A stretch of 64,000 nt of DNA from Candidatus Omnitrophota bacterium (GCA_028870995.1 JAGWOI010000007.1:20337-84336), one strand, 5' to 3'; numbered from the stretch's first letter, positions 9,524 to 19,505 are shown. Made by a program: numbers and translations. The notes: generated from the letters alone by a model not told the origin.

Positions 9524-12226
9524 TTATCCCAACCGGACCTTGATAATGGCGCTCCTGGTGAAGGTTTCCCGGGGAAGGAGCGCCTGCCCGTTGGCTGCCG
9601 TAAAGGCCGCCGGTTGACCGTTGATGGAGATTTGTTTGATGGCATACCGGCCGGCATCCAGCCTTTGGGGATTATGGTACTCGACGGTCAGGCGCTTGCC
9701 GGCAAACTGGCAGGTGACGGAGGCCGTGCCCTTTTTGTCAAATTCTTCTTTGACCAAACGCGGCGCAAGGACCAGGTCCCCCCGCCGGCCGCGCACGCCG
9801 AACACCTGGGTCAATTGGGTCAGCACCAGCCAACTGGCGGAACCGGTCAGGTAGTGGTACATGCCGCGGCCTTCGCCGTCGAAATATTCCGGGATGCCGG
9901 GGTAGATTTTGCTCACCTTACCGTCGACAGCCATCCGGTACATCGATTGCACCACCTCAAAGGCGGGGCGGGCAAACCCGCGCTGGTAAAGGGCTGCGGC
10001 GTACATGACATTCATGTGGCTGAAAAAGGCTCCGTTCTCCTTGGTGCCGTAGGCAAAGCCGAAGGCCCTGCCTAAGTCCATGTAATTGTCGAGGCCGAAA
10101 TCGGTGTTCAGGCGCAAGCCGCCCAGTTCTTTGTCCTTGAGGAAACGGTCCACGCTGGCAATGATCTTGGCGACATCATCGTCGGCAGCCAGGCCGCTCA
10201 TGACGGCAAAGACCTGGCCGGTGAGGGTCATGCGCACCTTCTTGTCAATAAACCCCTCCACCCGGCGGCCCTGGTTATCATAATAACCGTTGAACCATGT
10301 ATAGGTCCGGCCAGCCTCCTTGACCTGGATTTTTTCTTGGCCGGAGAGGTGACGGAAGATCCAATCGGCCTTGGCGCGCAGGTCGCGCGCCACATCATGG
10401 ACGGACACCTCGACGGTCCGGCCGCTTAAGGCCGGCTGCACCTGGTGGAAATATTTGCCGAATAAACGATCCCGTTTGGCTTTGGGGTCGCCGTAATCGA
10501 CCTTTTCATCCCCTAAGGTATCCAGCAAGATCAACAGTTCCTGGAAAAGCCTGATTTTATGAACCCCCTTGATCCGCGCCAGGTCCTCGAGAACATCGGC
10601 AATGGTCATCAGGTTGCCGGCATAAAATGAAGTGAAAGCCGCGGACTCTCCCCGGGCAAAAGCCATATCGAGCCCGTCGTTCCAATCCGCGCTCTCCAGC
10701 CTGATGATGTTATGCTCCCCCACATTGAAGAATTGCGTCAAATGTTGCACCAGGACATGCTCGAGGATGGTACCTTCGTACACCTGCGCCTTCTTGTCCA
10801 AAAGCTTGTTGCCGTATCCGTTCACCCAGCCTAAGTCCTTGTCATGCGTGCGGGAGAGCTGCGGGTCACGAAAGTAGGTTTGGGGTGCCAGCAGGATGTC
10901 AAAGTCCCCGCTCTGGTCGAGGTACAGCAAGAGCGTCAGCCAGGGCCAGGCGCCGTGGTCCATCCACACACGGGTGATGGCATTGCGGTCAGCAATGAAT
11001 TCGCCGGGCTTGGAGGCGATGATCGTAGCATTGCTGCCGTCGATACGCACCCCGGCGCAATTGTTGATCAGGTCCTGACGGACCTGATGAGGTTCGATGA
11101 GGATGAGCGACAAAAGGTCCTGCCAGATGTCGCGCCAGCCGCGGCCGCCCTTGCCGTAGTCATGGTCGGGCAAAAACGAACAGCCGAAAATGCGGCGCAG
11201 CACCGGCTGCAAGGTCACCCACTTCATCCAGGCGTTGAAATGCGCGTCACCGGTATTAAATACGATGGAAGAAATTTTATCGGACCAGTATTTTTTATTG
11301 GCGGCCAGGGCCTGATCGAATTTGCCGGCGGCATTAAAACGGCCGAAGACTTCACTTGATTGGGCCTCGTCGGCAGCCATGCCTACGGCGAGGATAAAAC
11401 AGCGGCTCTCGCCGGGTTTCAAGGCCGTTTCTTTAAAACGCAGGGCCCCTACAACTTCCTTGCCGTTAAGGGCCTCAGGCGAAAGCACTGGAGGCTTAAG
11501 GTTGTCGATAACGGCCTTAGGACGGGCGAGTGTTCCCTCATCGCCGTAAAAACTGTCTGCGGTCGGAAAAGACCCCGCCGGTGCGCCGGCCTTTTCCTGC
11601 CGGCCGTACACATAATAAACACCCCGGGTTTCCTTGTGCCCCTCCTCATTAAAAGCCATGGTGGAGCGCATCAACACTCCGTCAGGCACTTGTTTGGCCC
11701 GGCTTAAAAGTGCCGTGACATGCTCATGGTCATGCTTGTTGGCCAGGGAGCGGCCGAAAAGCGGGACAGCAGCCGTGGGAACGAATTTAATGTTCCTTTT
11801 AGAAATGTTCTTGACCGTCACGCGCATCAATTCAATACGCTCGCCGCTAACTGGAATAAAGTTGACAGCCGTCATCTCCAGACCCGCGGCTTTATGCGTG
11901 CGTTTGAGCTGATGCCACAGGGGCCCTATGTCGACGGAAACACCCCCTCCGGGGGATTCCTGCGATAAACCAAAGGCGCCCTGCCCCTTGACAAACGCAA
12001 AAAATTCACGCAGCGGCCAGCGCAAATCTTCGCGGGAAGCCGGTTTGGTCAGGTAGTGAAATTTGTCCAGCTTGATGTCGCCGCTTAAAGAAGGCGTGAT
12101 CGCGGACTTAAGGCCACCCGCATCAACCCCGCAAAGGGGTGCATAAATGGTCTTTATCGCGGCGGCTTGTGTAGAGGTAAAACTGACTCCGTCAGACAGG
12201 TATGTGGTAAATGGATCTGCGGGCAT
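9524..12226 (-). CDS. GH94 glycoside phosphorylase, laminaribiose phosphorylase-like
   Basis: SFLPDHDYGKGGRGWRDIWQD, ADRNAITRVWMDHG, ADWNDG (catalytic Asp), KENGAFFSHM, YLTGSASW match the laminaribiose phosphorylase subgroup as recalled. Start refined to ATG 12226, 10 nt after the PilZ stop. Confidence 0.8.
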   Translation of the reverse strand: MPADPFTTYLSDGVSFTSTQAAAIKTIYAPLCGVDAGGLKSAITPSLSGDIKLDKFHYLTKPASREDLRWPLREFFAFVKGQGAFGLSQESPGGGVSVDIGPLWHQLKRTHKAAGLEMTAVNFIPVSGERIELMRVTVKNISKRNIKFVPTAAVPLFGRSLANKHDHEHVTALLSRAKQVPDGVLMRSTMAFNEEGHKETRGVYYVYGRQEKAGAPAGSFPTADSFYGDEGTLARPKAVIDNLKPPVLSPEALNGKEVVGALRFKETALKPGESRCFILAVGMAADEAQSSEVFGRFNAAGKFDQALAANKKYWSDKISSIVFNTGDAHFNAWMKWVTLQPVLRRIFGCSFLPDHDYGKGGRGWRDIWQDLLSLILIEPHQVRQDLINNCAGVRIDGSNATIIASKPGEFIADRNAITRVWMDHGAWPWLTLLLYLDQSGDFDILLAPQTYFRDPQLSRTHDKDLGWVNGYGNKLLDKKAQVYEGTILEHVLVQHLTQFFNVGEHNIIRLESADWNDGLDMAFARGESAAFTSFYAGNLMTIADVLEDLARIKGVHKIRLFQELLILLDTLGDEKVDYGDPKAKRDRLFGKYFHQVQPALSGRTVEVSVHDVARDLRAKADWIFRHLSGQEKIQVKEAGRTYTWFNGYYDNQGRRVEGFIDKKVRMTLTGQVFAVMSGLAADDDVAKIIASVDRFLKDKELGGLRLNTDFGLDNYMDLGRAFGFAYGTKENGAFFSHMNVMYAAALYQRGFARPAFEVVQSMYRMAVDGKVSKIYPGIPEYFDGEGRGMYHYLTGSASWLVLTQLTQVFGVRGRRGDLVLAPRLVKEEFDKKGTASVTCQFAGKRLTVEYHNPQRLDAGRYAIKQISINGQPAAFTAANGQALLPRETFTRSAIIKVRLG

Positions 12227-12236
12227 AAACTTCTTT

Positions 12237-12584
12237 TTAGGAAGGCAAGATATCTTGGGTGAGTTTAAACAGGCGCTGCATCTTAAAAAAATTGATTTCA
12301 GAGAATTCGACACCGGTATCCCAAAGCGTCAAATTCAATAGTTTCGACCAGACCACCTTGCCGCTTAGAACCATTGGTTCCTGACCATCCGGCAGGGCCA
12401 CTTCCAGGGAAAGCTGGTCTTCAAGAAAGAACCGCTCCTTGGTCAGGATGCGCACGCCCTGAGCCGAAGCGTCGCGTAAAAAAACATCGGTCCCATAATC
12501 ATTACGGGTGTCTTTAAATTTTACAGGGAAACGCGCCGAAAAGCGCTCATAGATCCTTCGTTCTGTGCCGGGGGCTGAGGCCAT
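12237..12584 (-). CDS. Stand-alone PilZ domain protein
   Basis: RIYER (RxxxR) and DASAQG (DxSxxG) motifs, GKVVW...GVEF. Start refined to ATG 12584. Confidence 0.85.
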   Translation of the reverse strand: MASAPGTERRIYERFSARFPVKFKDTRNDYGTDVFLRDASAQGVRILTKERFFLEDQLSLEVALPDGQEPMVLSGKVVWSKLLNLTLWDTGVEFSEINFFKMQRLFKLTQDILPS

Positions 12585-12603
12585 ATGACCTTCTTTAGTT
12601 AAT

Positions 12604-12945
12604 TTAGGCTTCAAACCGCTTTGAAGAAAAATATTTATCGAGACGGACGGGAGATCCTGAGATGACCTCTGAGAATACCAGGCCCACACGGTATTGATCA
12701 GAGCTCCCCAGCTTTCTCACCCATTTCACAACTCCAATGACCATAACAGGTTCTGTATTTGGCTTAAGCACAATTTCAAGCGCTATCTTTTGGTTGATCG
12801 CCACATTTTGCGAGGAAATAAGACCGATCCCATGACGGCTGATATCCAGGGTCTTGGTCTGTTCAAATTGGGAACCCTGCTTTCCTTCCACCGGGACCAA
12901 ACAATTATACCTTACTTCCGAACGCTCGTTGGAGGCGACACTCAT
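12604..12945 (-). CDS. Stand-alone PilZ domain protein
   Basis: RSEVR and DISRHG motifs, GVVKWV...YRVGLVF. Confidence 0.88.
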   Translation of the reverse strand: MSVASNERSEVRYNCLVPVEGKQGSQFEQTKTLDISRHGIGLISSQNVAINQKIALEIVLKPNTEPVMVIGVVKWVRKLGSSDQYRVGLVFSEVISGSPVRLDKYFSSKRFEA

Positions 12946-13195
12946 ATCAAACCCTTTTCAGATCAATGGATTACGTTTGTGAAAGCGCTTACTCTTAAGT
13001 ATAGTTTAGAACATATTTGCCAAAAAGCAAATTAAAGTTAAAGTTTTTAAGCTGTTCTAACCAACTGCAAACAATGGCCTTGCAGTCTACCTGAATTCCA
13101 AGCCGGAAATTTATAAATAATTAATTCTAGGTATTTTTTCCTTCCATTTTTATTGCAGCCCCCTGGTGCCGATGCTATACTATCAGCGAAATCTT

Positions 13196-13396
13196 ATGGC
13201 CACAGCTCAAAAATCTTCTAAGCAAAAGCAGCTTTCCCTGAAAGAGTACGCCAAAATCAAGGAAAAATTGGCCAAGTCCAAACTGAAACTGACCTTTCCT
13301 TGGATCATCAAGGTCTGTTTTATCATCCCTGCGGTTTACTGTGTTTTTTTAATCATTTACTACCTCGTTCATCTGCGCTTCCTGGCGGAGCATTAA
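13196..13396 (+). CDS. Small basic single-TM membrane protein
   Basis: MATAQKSSKQK... with a C-terminal hydrophobic helix. Abuts the cvpA start. Upstream TTGCAG-17-TATACT (13153-13181). Confidence 0.65.
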   Translation: MATAQKSSKQKQLSLKEYAKIKEKLAKSKLKLTFPWIIKVCFIIPAVYCVFLIIYYLVHLRFLAEH

Positions 13397-14134
13397 ATGA
13401 CCATTACGGATATCATCACCCTCTTATTCAGCGCTTTTTTCTTGGCACGGGGCTTTATAGCGGGATTTGTTAATTCCTTAATACCTCCCTTCTCTATTAT
13501 TATCGGCACCCTGATCAGTTACTTTTATTACCTGAGCACCAAACATATGCTTACCAGCCTGGCCCTTGGGGTGTTGGCGCCGCTGTTTATTTACGCGGTG
13601 TGCCGGACGATTTTGGGGATCTGGTCCAAGGCCACAAACACGGACATGAAGCCCGGTTTTGTAAGCTCAATGACCGGCGCTGTTTTGAATTTACTTTGGG
13701 GATGGGTCTTCATCATCGCCACTCTCATTTTGCTGGCCCTTTTGCCGCCCATGGGAAAAGCCCTGACCATTGTGCATAACGATATCACAAAATCCGCTTC
13801 CTATGCCCTGGCCAAACCGTGGCAGGATGCGTTTCTTGCTTCCCAGCCCAAAGCCGCTGTACCGGATAATAAGACGGCCGACGGCACTTCCGGTGCTGCC
13901 AATGCCCCTGCCGTCCAGACACTGGCCCAGGATGCCCGATTTAAGAAGGTAATGAATGATCCCGAAATTCAGCACGACATCGACAGCCATAACATCATCG
14001 CGCTCATGAGCAACCCCAAAATGATGGAGCTGACCCGGCAAATCATGAGCGATCCCGAAACCTTGAAGAAAGTCATGGCTGTTTACAACAGCCAGCAGAA
14101 GCCAACCGCAAGTTCAGCTGTTGTCCAGCAATAA
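13397..14134 (+). CDS. CvpA-family membrane protein with a C-terminal STI1-like (DP/NP repeat) domain
   Basis: DIITLL...ARGFIAGFV N-terminus, 4 TM segments, then NDPEIQ / SNPKMM / SDPETL. Confidence 0.72.
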   Translation: MTITDIITLLFSAFFLARGFIAGFVNSLIPPFSIIIGTLISYFYYLSTKHMLTSLALGVLAPLFIYAVCRTILGIWSKATNTDMKPGFVSSMTGAVLNLLWGWVFIIATLILLALLPPMGKALTIVHNDITKSASYALAKPWQDAFLASQPKAAVPDNKTADGTSGAANAPAVQTLAQDARFKKVMNDPEIQHDIDSHNIIALMSNPKMMELTRQIMSDPETLKKVMAVYNSQQKPTASSAVVQQ

Positions 14135-14143
14135 TCCATTCCA

Positions 14144-15199
14144 TTAACCAAATAAACGGATTTGTCTATCCTCGGCGTTGCGGAAGGATGTTGTGGAAAG
14201 GCGGATACGTCCTTCGGGGAAACCGGCGCGTTTATACCCCATGTTGAAGATGTCCCGGATGCTTTCGGCAAACAAGCCCTTGCCGGTCATGCGCGTTCCC
14301 CAGCCCGAATCGTAAAGGGCGCCGTCGCGCAATGCGCGGATGCGGTTGAGGACTTTTTCCTTACGGTCGGGGAAATATTCCGAGAGCCAGCGCTCGAAGA
14401 TAGCCTTGACCGCATACGGCAGCCGCACGACGGTATAGCCTGCGCCTTGGGCACCGGCTTTAGCCGCGGCTTTAAGGATGGCAGGGATTTCATGGTCGGT
14501 CAGGCCGGGCACGATGGGTGCGACATTAACGGTCACCGGGATGCCGGCACAGGCCAACTCTTCGATGGCCTTCAGACGGTTGACCGGCGTTGAGGCACGG
14601 GGTTCCATGGCCCTGGCCAGGCGCATATCCAGGCTGGTGATGGAGACCGTCACACATACGCCATGGTATTGGGCCATGGACTTGAAGATATCGATGTCGC
14701 GGGTGACCAGTTTATTCTTAGTAATAATTCCGACGGGATTGCAGAAATCCAGCAGAACCTCAAGACAGCCACGGGTGATCCGGAATTTGCGTTCAAAAGG
14801 CTGGAAACAATCCGTGACCCCGCTCATCACCAGCACCTGCGGCTTCCATTTGGGCGATGAGAGCTCTTTGCGTAACAACACCGGCGCCTGGGTCTTCACA
14901 AAAATAACGGACTCAAAATCCTGCCCCGGGGAGAGGCCGAAATACTCATGGGTCGGCCTGGCGTAGCAATAAACGCAGCCGTGCTCGCAGCCGCGGTAGG
15001 GATTGAGGCTCGTTTCAAAGCCAATATCCGGGCTGTCATTATAGCTGATGACGGATTTGGAGGTGTCCTTGTAGAATTCCGTTTTCGGCGAAGGATAATC
15101 TTCGTCGGCAATCTCCTCATCGCGCTCAAAAGATATTTTCTCGAAGCGGTTCACTGGATTCACCAGCGCCCCGCGCTTATGCAGCTCTTTTTCCGGCAT
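14144..15199 (-). CDS. PA0069/Rv2578c-family radical SAM protein (SPL-like)
   Basis: NPYRGCEHGCVYCYARPTHEY, SGVTDCFQP, MEPRAS. Confidence 0.9.
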   Translation of the reverse strand: MPEKELHKRGALVNPVNRFEKISFERDEEIADEDYPSPKTEFYKDTSKSVISYNDSPDIGFETSLNPYRGCEHGCVYCYARPTHEYFGLSPGQDFESVIFVKTQAPVLLRKELSSPKWKPQVLVMSGVTDCFQPFERKFRITRGCLEVLLDFCNPVGIITKNKLVTRDIDIFKSMAQYHGVCVTVSITSLDMRLARAMEPRASTPVNRLKAIEELACAGIPVTVNVAPIVPGLTDHEIPAILKAAAKAGAQGAGYTVVRLPYAVKAIFERWLSEYFPDRKEKVLNRIRALRDGALYDSGWGTRMTGKGLFAESIRDIFNMGYKRAGFPEGRIRLSTTSFRNAEDRQIRLFG

Positions 15200-15212
15200 A
15201 TAAAACCTCTGA

Positions 15213-16604
15213 TTATTTCCCGATGCAAAATTCGGCAAAGATGCGGTCCAGCAGGTCTTCGTTGATATTGCGGCCGGTGATGGCGTCCAGCTGATTGACC
15301 GCGGTCTTGATCTCCTCGGAGACGAATTCCAGCGATGTCTCCCCGGCCATGAGCCGACAGGCGCCCTGCAAGTTTTTCTGGGCCTCTTCCAAGGCTTTGA
15401 TATGGCGGATATTGCTGATCAAAATCCCATGTGTATCCAAATTTTTATCCCGCCGGATCATATTAATGATCCTGGCTTCCAGCTCATGGACCGATTCCGG
15501 ATCAAGGGCCGAAATGCCGATCATGTTGGCCTCGCCGAAGATTTGCCCCAGCCTGACCAGGTCGATTTGCTGCGGTAAATCCTTTTTATTGACAACGGCC
15601 AATACCGGCGATTTTTTCAGCTGTTCAGTCAATGCCCTATCCTGGTCTTCCAGCGGCCGGCTGCCGTCCAAGACCAGCAGCACCAGATCGGCACTCTTCA
15701 TATAAAGATGGCTGCGCCTGATGGCTTCTTCCTCAATTAAATTTCCCGGTTCCAAAATACCGGCCGTGTCCACGAGGGTGACGGGAATCCCTTTAAGCTG
15801 CGCAGACTCTTCCAGCACATCACGGGTGGTACCGGCAATGTCCGTGACAATGGCCCGCTGCTCCTTGAGGAGTGCATTGAGCAAGGACGATTTGCCCACA
15901 TTGGGCTTGCCGCACAAAACCAGGCGCATGCCTTCTTTCAAGATACGGCCGCTGTGCGAACCTTGCAGCAGTTTGGCCACCACCCTCTCCTGGCCGCCTA
16001 AACGATCCAATATTTGTTTGCGGCTTTCAATCTCGATGCCGTCTTCCGGAAAATTGATCAAGGCCTCCACCATGGTGTAAAGTTTCATCAATTCTTCACG
16101 GATGCCTTCAAGCCGGGTGGATAATTCGCCTTTTAATTGATAATGGCTTTGCCGTAAAAATGTTTCGGTCTTGGCATTAATGACATCAGCCACAGCTTCC
16201 GCCTGGGCCAGGTCCATGCGGCCGTTGAGAAAGGCCCGCTTGGTGAATTCTCCAGGCAGAGCCAGACGGGCACCGGCATTCAACACCGCCTGAAGAATGC
16301 TGCGCAGCGGGGTCTGCCCGCCGTGGCCGTTGATTTCGACTACATCTTCGGCGGTGTACGTCCTGGGTGCCAGCATAACCGCAACCAGGACCTCGTCCAC
16401 CATGTCCTTGCCCTGCATGACCCAGCCGTGATGCAGCGTGTGGCTTGGGGCATCCGCCAGTTTCTTCTTGCCGTCCAGACGCAGCACGGCATCGGCAACG
16501 GCGACAGCCTCCTTGCCGCTGATGCGGATAATGCCGATCCCCCCCTGGCCCGCAGGCGTGGCGATGGCGGCGATCGTGTCTTCTAGGCCTTTATACTGGT
16601 ACAT
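15213..16604 (-). CDS. mnmE: tRNA modification GTPase MnmE
   Basis: DTIAAIATP..GGIGIIRISG, GEFTKRAFLNG, GKPNVGKSS, C-terminal FCIGK. Confidence 0.97.
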   Translation of the reverse strand: MYQYKGLEDTIAAIATPAGQGGIGIIRISGKEAVAVADAVLRLDGKKKLADAPSHTLHHGWVMQGKDMVDEVLVAVMLAPRTYTAEDVVEINGHGGQTPLRSILQAVLNAGARLALPGEFTKRAFLNGRMDLAQAEAVADVINAKTETFLRQSHYQLKGELSTRLEGIREELMKLYTMVEALINFPEDGIEIESRKQILDRLGGQERVVAKLLQGSHSGRILKEGMRLVLCGKPNVGKSSLLNALLKEQRAIVTDIAGTTRDVLEESAQLKGIPVTLVDTAGILEPGNLIEEEAIRRSHLYMKSADLVLLVLDGSRPLEDQDRALTEQLKKSPVLAVVNKKDLPQQIDLVRLGQIFGEANMIGISALDPESVHELEARIINMIRRDKNLDTHGILISNIRHIKALEEAQKNLQGACRLMAGETSLEFVSEEIKTAVNQLDAITGRNINEDLLDRIFAEFCIGK

Positions 16605-17880
16605 GAGTGATCTCTGCCCTGGCCTCTGCCGCAGCAAACAGCGAACCGGCGACGACAATCACGTCTTGCGGTTGGGCTATAGCCAGCGCCCTGGAAACGG
16701 CCTTTGGTAGATGGTCGATAATCTCAAATGTTTTACCGCCGAAATATTTCCGGCATTCCTCTTCTTTGAAGGCATAGGCTCTGGGATGGTTTGCCTTCGT
16801 CAAAATAAAATGTTCGCCGGCCCCTGCAAGCGCCCGGCTGATCGCCCCAATGTCTTTATCTTGGGAGATCCCCAGCACCATGAGGACCCGACCTTCGGGA
16901 TGTTCCTGCTTTAATGTCTCCGCCAAGACCCGGGCTGAAGCTTCATTGTGGGCACCGTCGACAATGACATCCGGGCTTTGACGCAACAACTCAAAGCGCC
17001 CCGGCCATTGGATATTCTTCAATCCGCTTGCGATGGCTGCTTCGCTGATTCTAAATCCCATGCCCTTTAAAAGCGAGGCCGTCTCAATGGCCGTAGCGGC
17101 ATTCAACAGTTGATGACCGCCTTTAAGGCCCACCTTCAAATCTTTATATTTATTCGGATCTACCAGCACCGGCTGCACCCCAAACTCCCGGCAGCGCCGC
17201 AAAATAACATCCATGGCTTCCTTCTCCTGGGGCGCAACCACCACCCTCTGGAAGGTGTTTTTGATGATCCCCGCCTTTTCTGCCGCTATCTTGCCCAAGG
17301 TATCGCCCAGGATATGGGTATGGTCCAAGCTCACGGGCGTTATCACGCCAATCAGGGACTCCGCCGCATTGGTGGCGTCCAGCCGGCCGCCCAAGCCGGT
17401 TTCCAGCACAGCCACATCCACCCCGGCTTTGACAAAATAACATAAGGCCGCGACCGTCAAGACCTCGAAATACGTCAGGATGTGACCGGCATTTCTGATG
17501 GCCGCGGCATAAGGCCGCAGGAAACCTAATACGTCCTTTAATTCATCGTCGGATATGGCACCGCAAAAAGGGTCTTTGTCCTTCAAGTTGTCCCTGCTTA
17601 GAATGCGGATGCGCTCATTGACCCGGTGCAGGTGCGGCGACGTGTACAGCCCCGCCTTGCAGCCCGCCTCCTGTAAGATCCTGGCCAGAAAGACGCAGGT
17701 TGAACCCTTGCCTTTGGTGCCGGCCACATGGATGATCTTCAAGTCCTTTGTCTGCACCCCGGCCTGGTCCAGGAATTGCTGGATGCGCTGCAAATGAAAA
17801 TCTTCCGGCCGCAGCGTGTGCAGCTGTGACTCGAAATTGGCGAACGAATTGAGGTATTCGTGGGGATTAAACGCTGTCAT
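16591..17880 (-). CDS. folC: Folylpolyglutamate/dihydrofolate synthase
   Basis: HVAGTKGKGST, YTSPHL, ETGLGGRLDATN, WPGRFE, DGAHN. Confidence 0.95.
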   Translation of the reverse strand: MTAFNPHEYLNSFANFESQLHTLRPEDFHLQRIQQFLDQAGVQTKDLKIIHVAGTKGKGSTCVFLARILQEAGCKAGLYTSPHLHRVNERIRILSRDNLKDKDPFCGAISDDELKDVLGFLRPYAAAIRNAGHILTYFEVLTVAALCYFVKAGVDVAVLETGLGGRLDATNAAESLIGVITPVSLDHTHILGDTLGKIAAEKAGIIKNTFQRVVVAPQEKEAMDVILRRCREFGVQPVLVDPNKYKDLKVGLKGGHQLLNAATAIETASLLKGMGFRISEAAIASGLKNIQWPGRFELLRQSPDVIVDGAHNEASARVLAETLKQEHPEGRVLMVLGISQDKDIGAISRALAGAGEHFILTKANHPRAYAFKEEECRKYFGGKTFEIIDHLPKAVSRALAIAQPQDVIVVAGSLFAAAEARAEITHVPV

Positions 17881-17896
17881 CACTTGAAACAACGTA

Positions 17897-19456
17897 TTAA
17901 TGTTTGAAGTGCCTGACGCCGGTCATAACCATGGCGATCTTCTTTTTGTCGGCCTCTTTGATGACGGCCTCATCCATGATGGAACCGCCGGTCTGAACAA
18001 TAGCTTTGACCCCGGCCTTGGCGGCGATGGTGACGGTATCGGGTTTGGGTAAAAAAGCATCAGAAATAAGAACGCTGCCGCGGGCGGATTTGCCGGCCTT
18101 GGCAAGGGCATGGAGAGCGGAATCCACCCGGCTGGTCTGGCCGCAGCCGATGCCGATCGTCTGCGTTCCCTTGATTAAAGCAATGGCGTTGCTTTTGACA
18201 TGCTTGATGAGTTTCCAGCCGAAGATCATGGCATCGATCTGGGCCTTGGTGGGCTTCACCTTGCTGACAATTTTCAACTCTTCAGCCTTCAACGCGCGGC
18301 TGTCCTTCTCCTGCAGTAAAAGCCCGCCGGAAACCTTCTTGAAGTCATAAAGCTCATCGGCAACACCGCAGATATCAAGCACCAGCAGGCGCAAATTCTT
18401 TTTAGCGGCAAAAAGCGTCTTGGCCTCCGGCGTAAATTCGGGGGCCACGACGCATTCCATAAAACCGCTCTTGATGACGGCAGCCGCGGCCTTTGCATCC
18501 ACCGGGCGGTTGAAGCCGATGATGCCGCCGAAAGCGGAAAGTGCATCGCATTTCCAGGCCTTCACGAAGGCCTTATCGAGGGTCTTGTCCTGGGCGATGC
18601 CGCAAGGGTTGTTATGCTTGATGATGACCGCCGCGGGCGCGTCGAATTCGCGGACGATGTCCACCGCGGCATTCAAGTCGAGGATATTGTTAAAAGAAAG
18701 TTCCTTGCCCTGCAGTTGTTTTAATCCGGCCAGCCCCTGCGGCTGGAGATTGTCTTTATAAAAAGCCGCGGCCTGGTGCGGATTTTCGCCGTACCGCAGG
18801 TCCTGCAGCTTGCCGAAGGACACCGAAAATTCCTTGGGGAAGGAAGAAAAAGAATTATCCGTCTTAAAACGGTTCTTGAGAAATTCGTAAATGGCCGCAT
18901 CATAACGGCTGGTGCGCTCAAAGACCTCGATGGCCAGGCCTGAGAGCACCTTGTCCGAAAGGATGCCGCTGTTATTGGTCAATTCACTTAAAACTTCCGC
19001 ATACCGCGCCGCATTGCAGATGACGGCGACACTCTTATAATTCTTGGCCGCGGAGCGCAGCATGGAAGGGCCGCCGATATCGATATTCTCGATGGCCTCA
19101 TCCAGGGTGATGTTCTTTTTCTGAATGACTTTCTCGAAAGGATAGAGATTGACCACCACCATGTCGATGAGGCCGATGGTGTGGCTCTCGATCTGCTTCA
19201 TATGTTCGGGATTATCGCGCAACGCCAACAGCCCGCCGTGGATCTTGGGGTGCAGGGTTTTGACCCGGCCGTCCAGCATTTCCGGAAAACCGGTATACTC
19301 GGATACTTCGCGGACAGGGATGTTGGCCGAACGCAACAGCACAGCTGTTCCGCCGGTGGAAATGATCTCGATGCCCAGTTTCTGCAAACCCTTGGCAAAC
19401 TCCACCAGGCCGGATTTATCGGAAACGGAAATAAGCGCGCGTTTGACCTTGATCAT
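17897..19456 (-). CDS. purH: Bifunctional AICAR transformylase/IMP cyclohydrolase
   Basis: RALISVSDKSG, GRVKTLHP, IDIGGPSM, LRYGENPHQ, C-terminal RHFKH. Confidence 0.97.
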   Translation of the reverse strand: MIKVKRALISVSDKSGLVEFAKGLQKLGIEIISTGGTAVLLRSANIPVREVSEYTGFPEMLDGRVKTLHPKIHGGLLALRDNPEHMKQIESHTIGLIDMVVVNLYPFEKVIQKKNITLDEAIENIDIGGPSMLRSAAKNYKSVAVICNAARYAEVLSELTNNSGILSDKVLSGLAIEVFERTSRYDAAIYEFLKNRFKTDNSFSSFPKEFSVSFGKLQDLRYGENPHQAAAFYKDNLQPQGLAGLKQLQGKELSFNNILDLNAAVDIVREFDAPAAVIIKHNNPCGIAQDKTLDKAFVKAWKCDALSAFGGIIGFNRPVDAKAAAAVIKSGFMECVVAPEFTPEAKTLFAAKKNLRLLVLDICGVADELYDFKKVSGGLLLQEKDSRALKAEELKIVSKVKPTKAQIDAMIFGWKLIKHVKSNAIALIKGTQTIGIGCGQTSRVDSALHALAKAGKSARGSVLISDAFLPKPDTVTIAAKAGVKAIVQTGGSIMDEAVIKEADKKKIAMVMTGVRHFKH

Positions 19457-19476
19457 GGGGGAATTTAAAGAAATTA

Positions 19477-19505
19477 AATAAGACACCTATAATTGGTGTC
19501 TTATT
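19477..19505 (-). terminator. Hairpin downstream of rpsU (probable intrinsic terminator)
   Basis: AATAAGACACC-7-GGTGTCTTATT followed by a U-rich tract on the minus strand. Confidence 0.6.
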
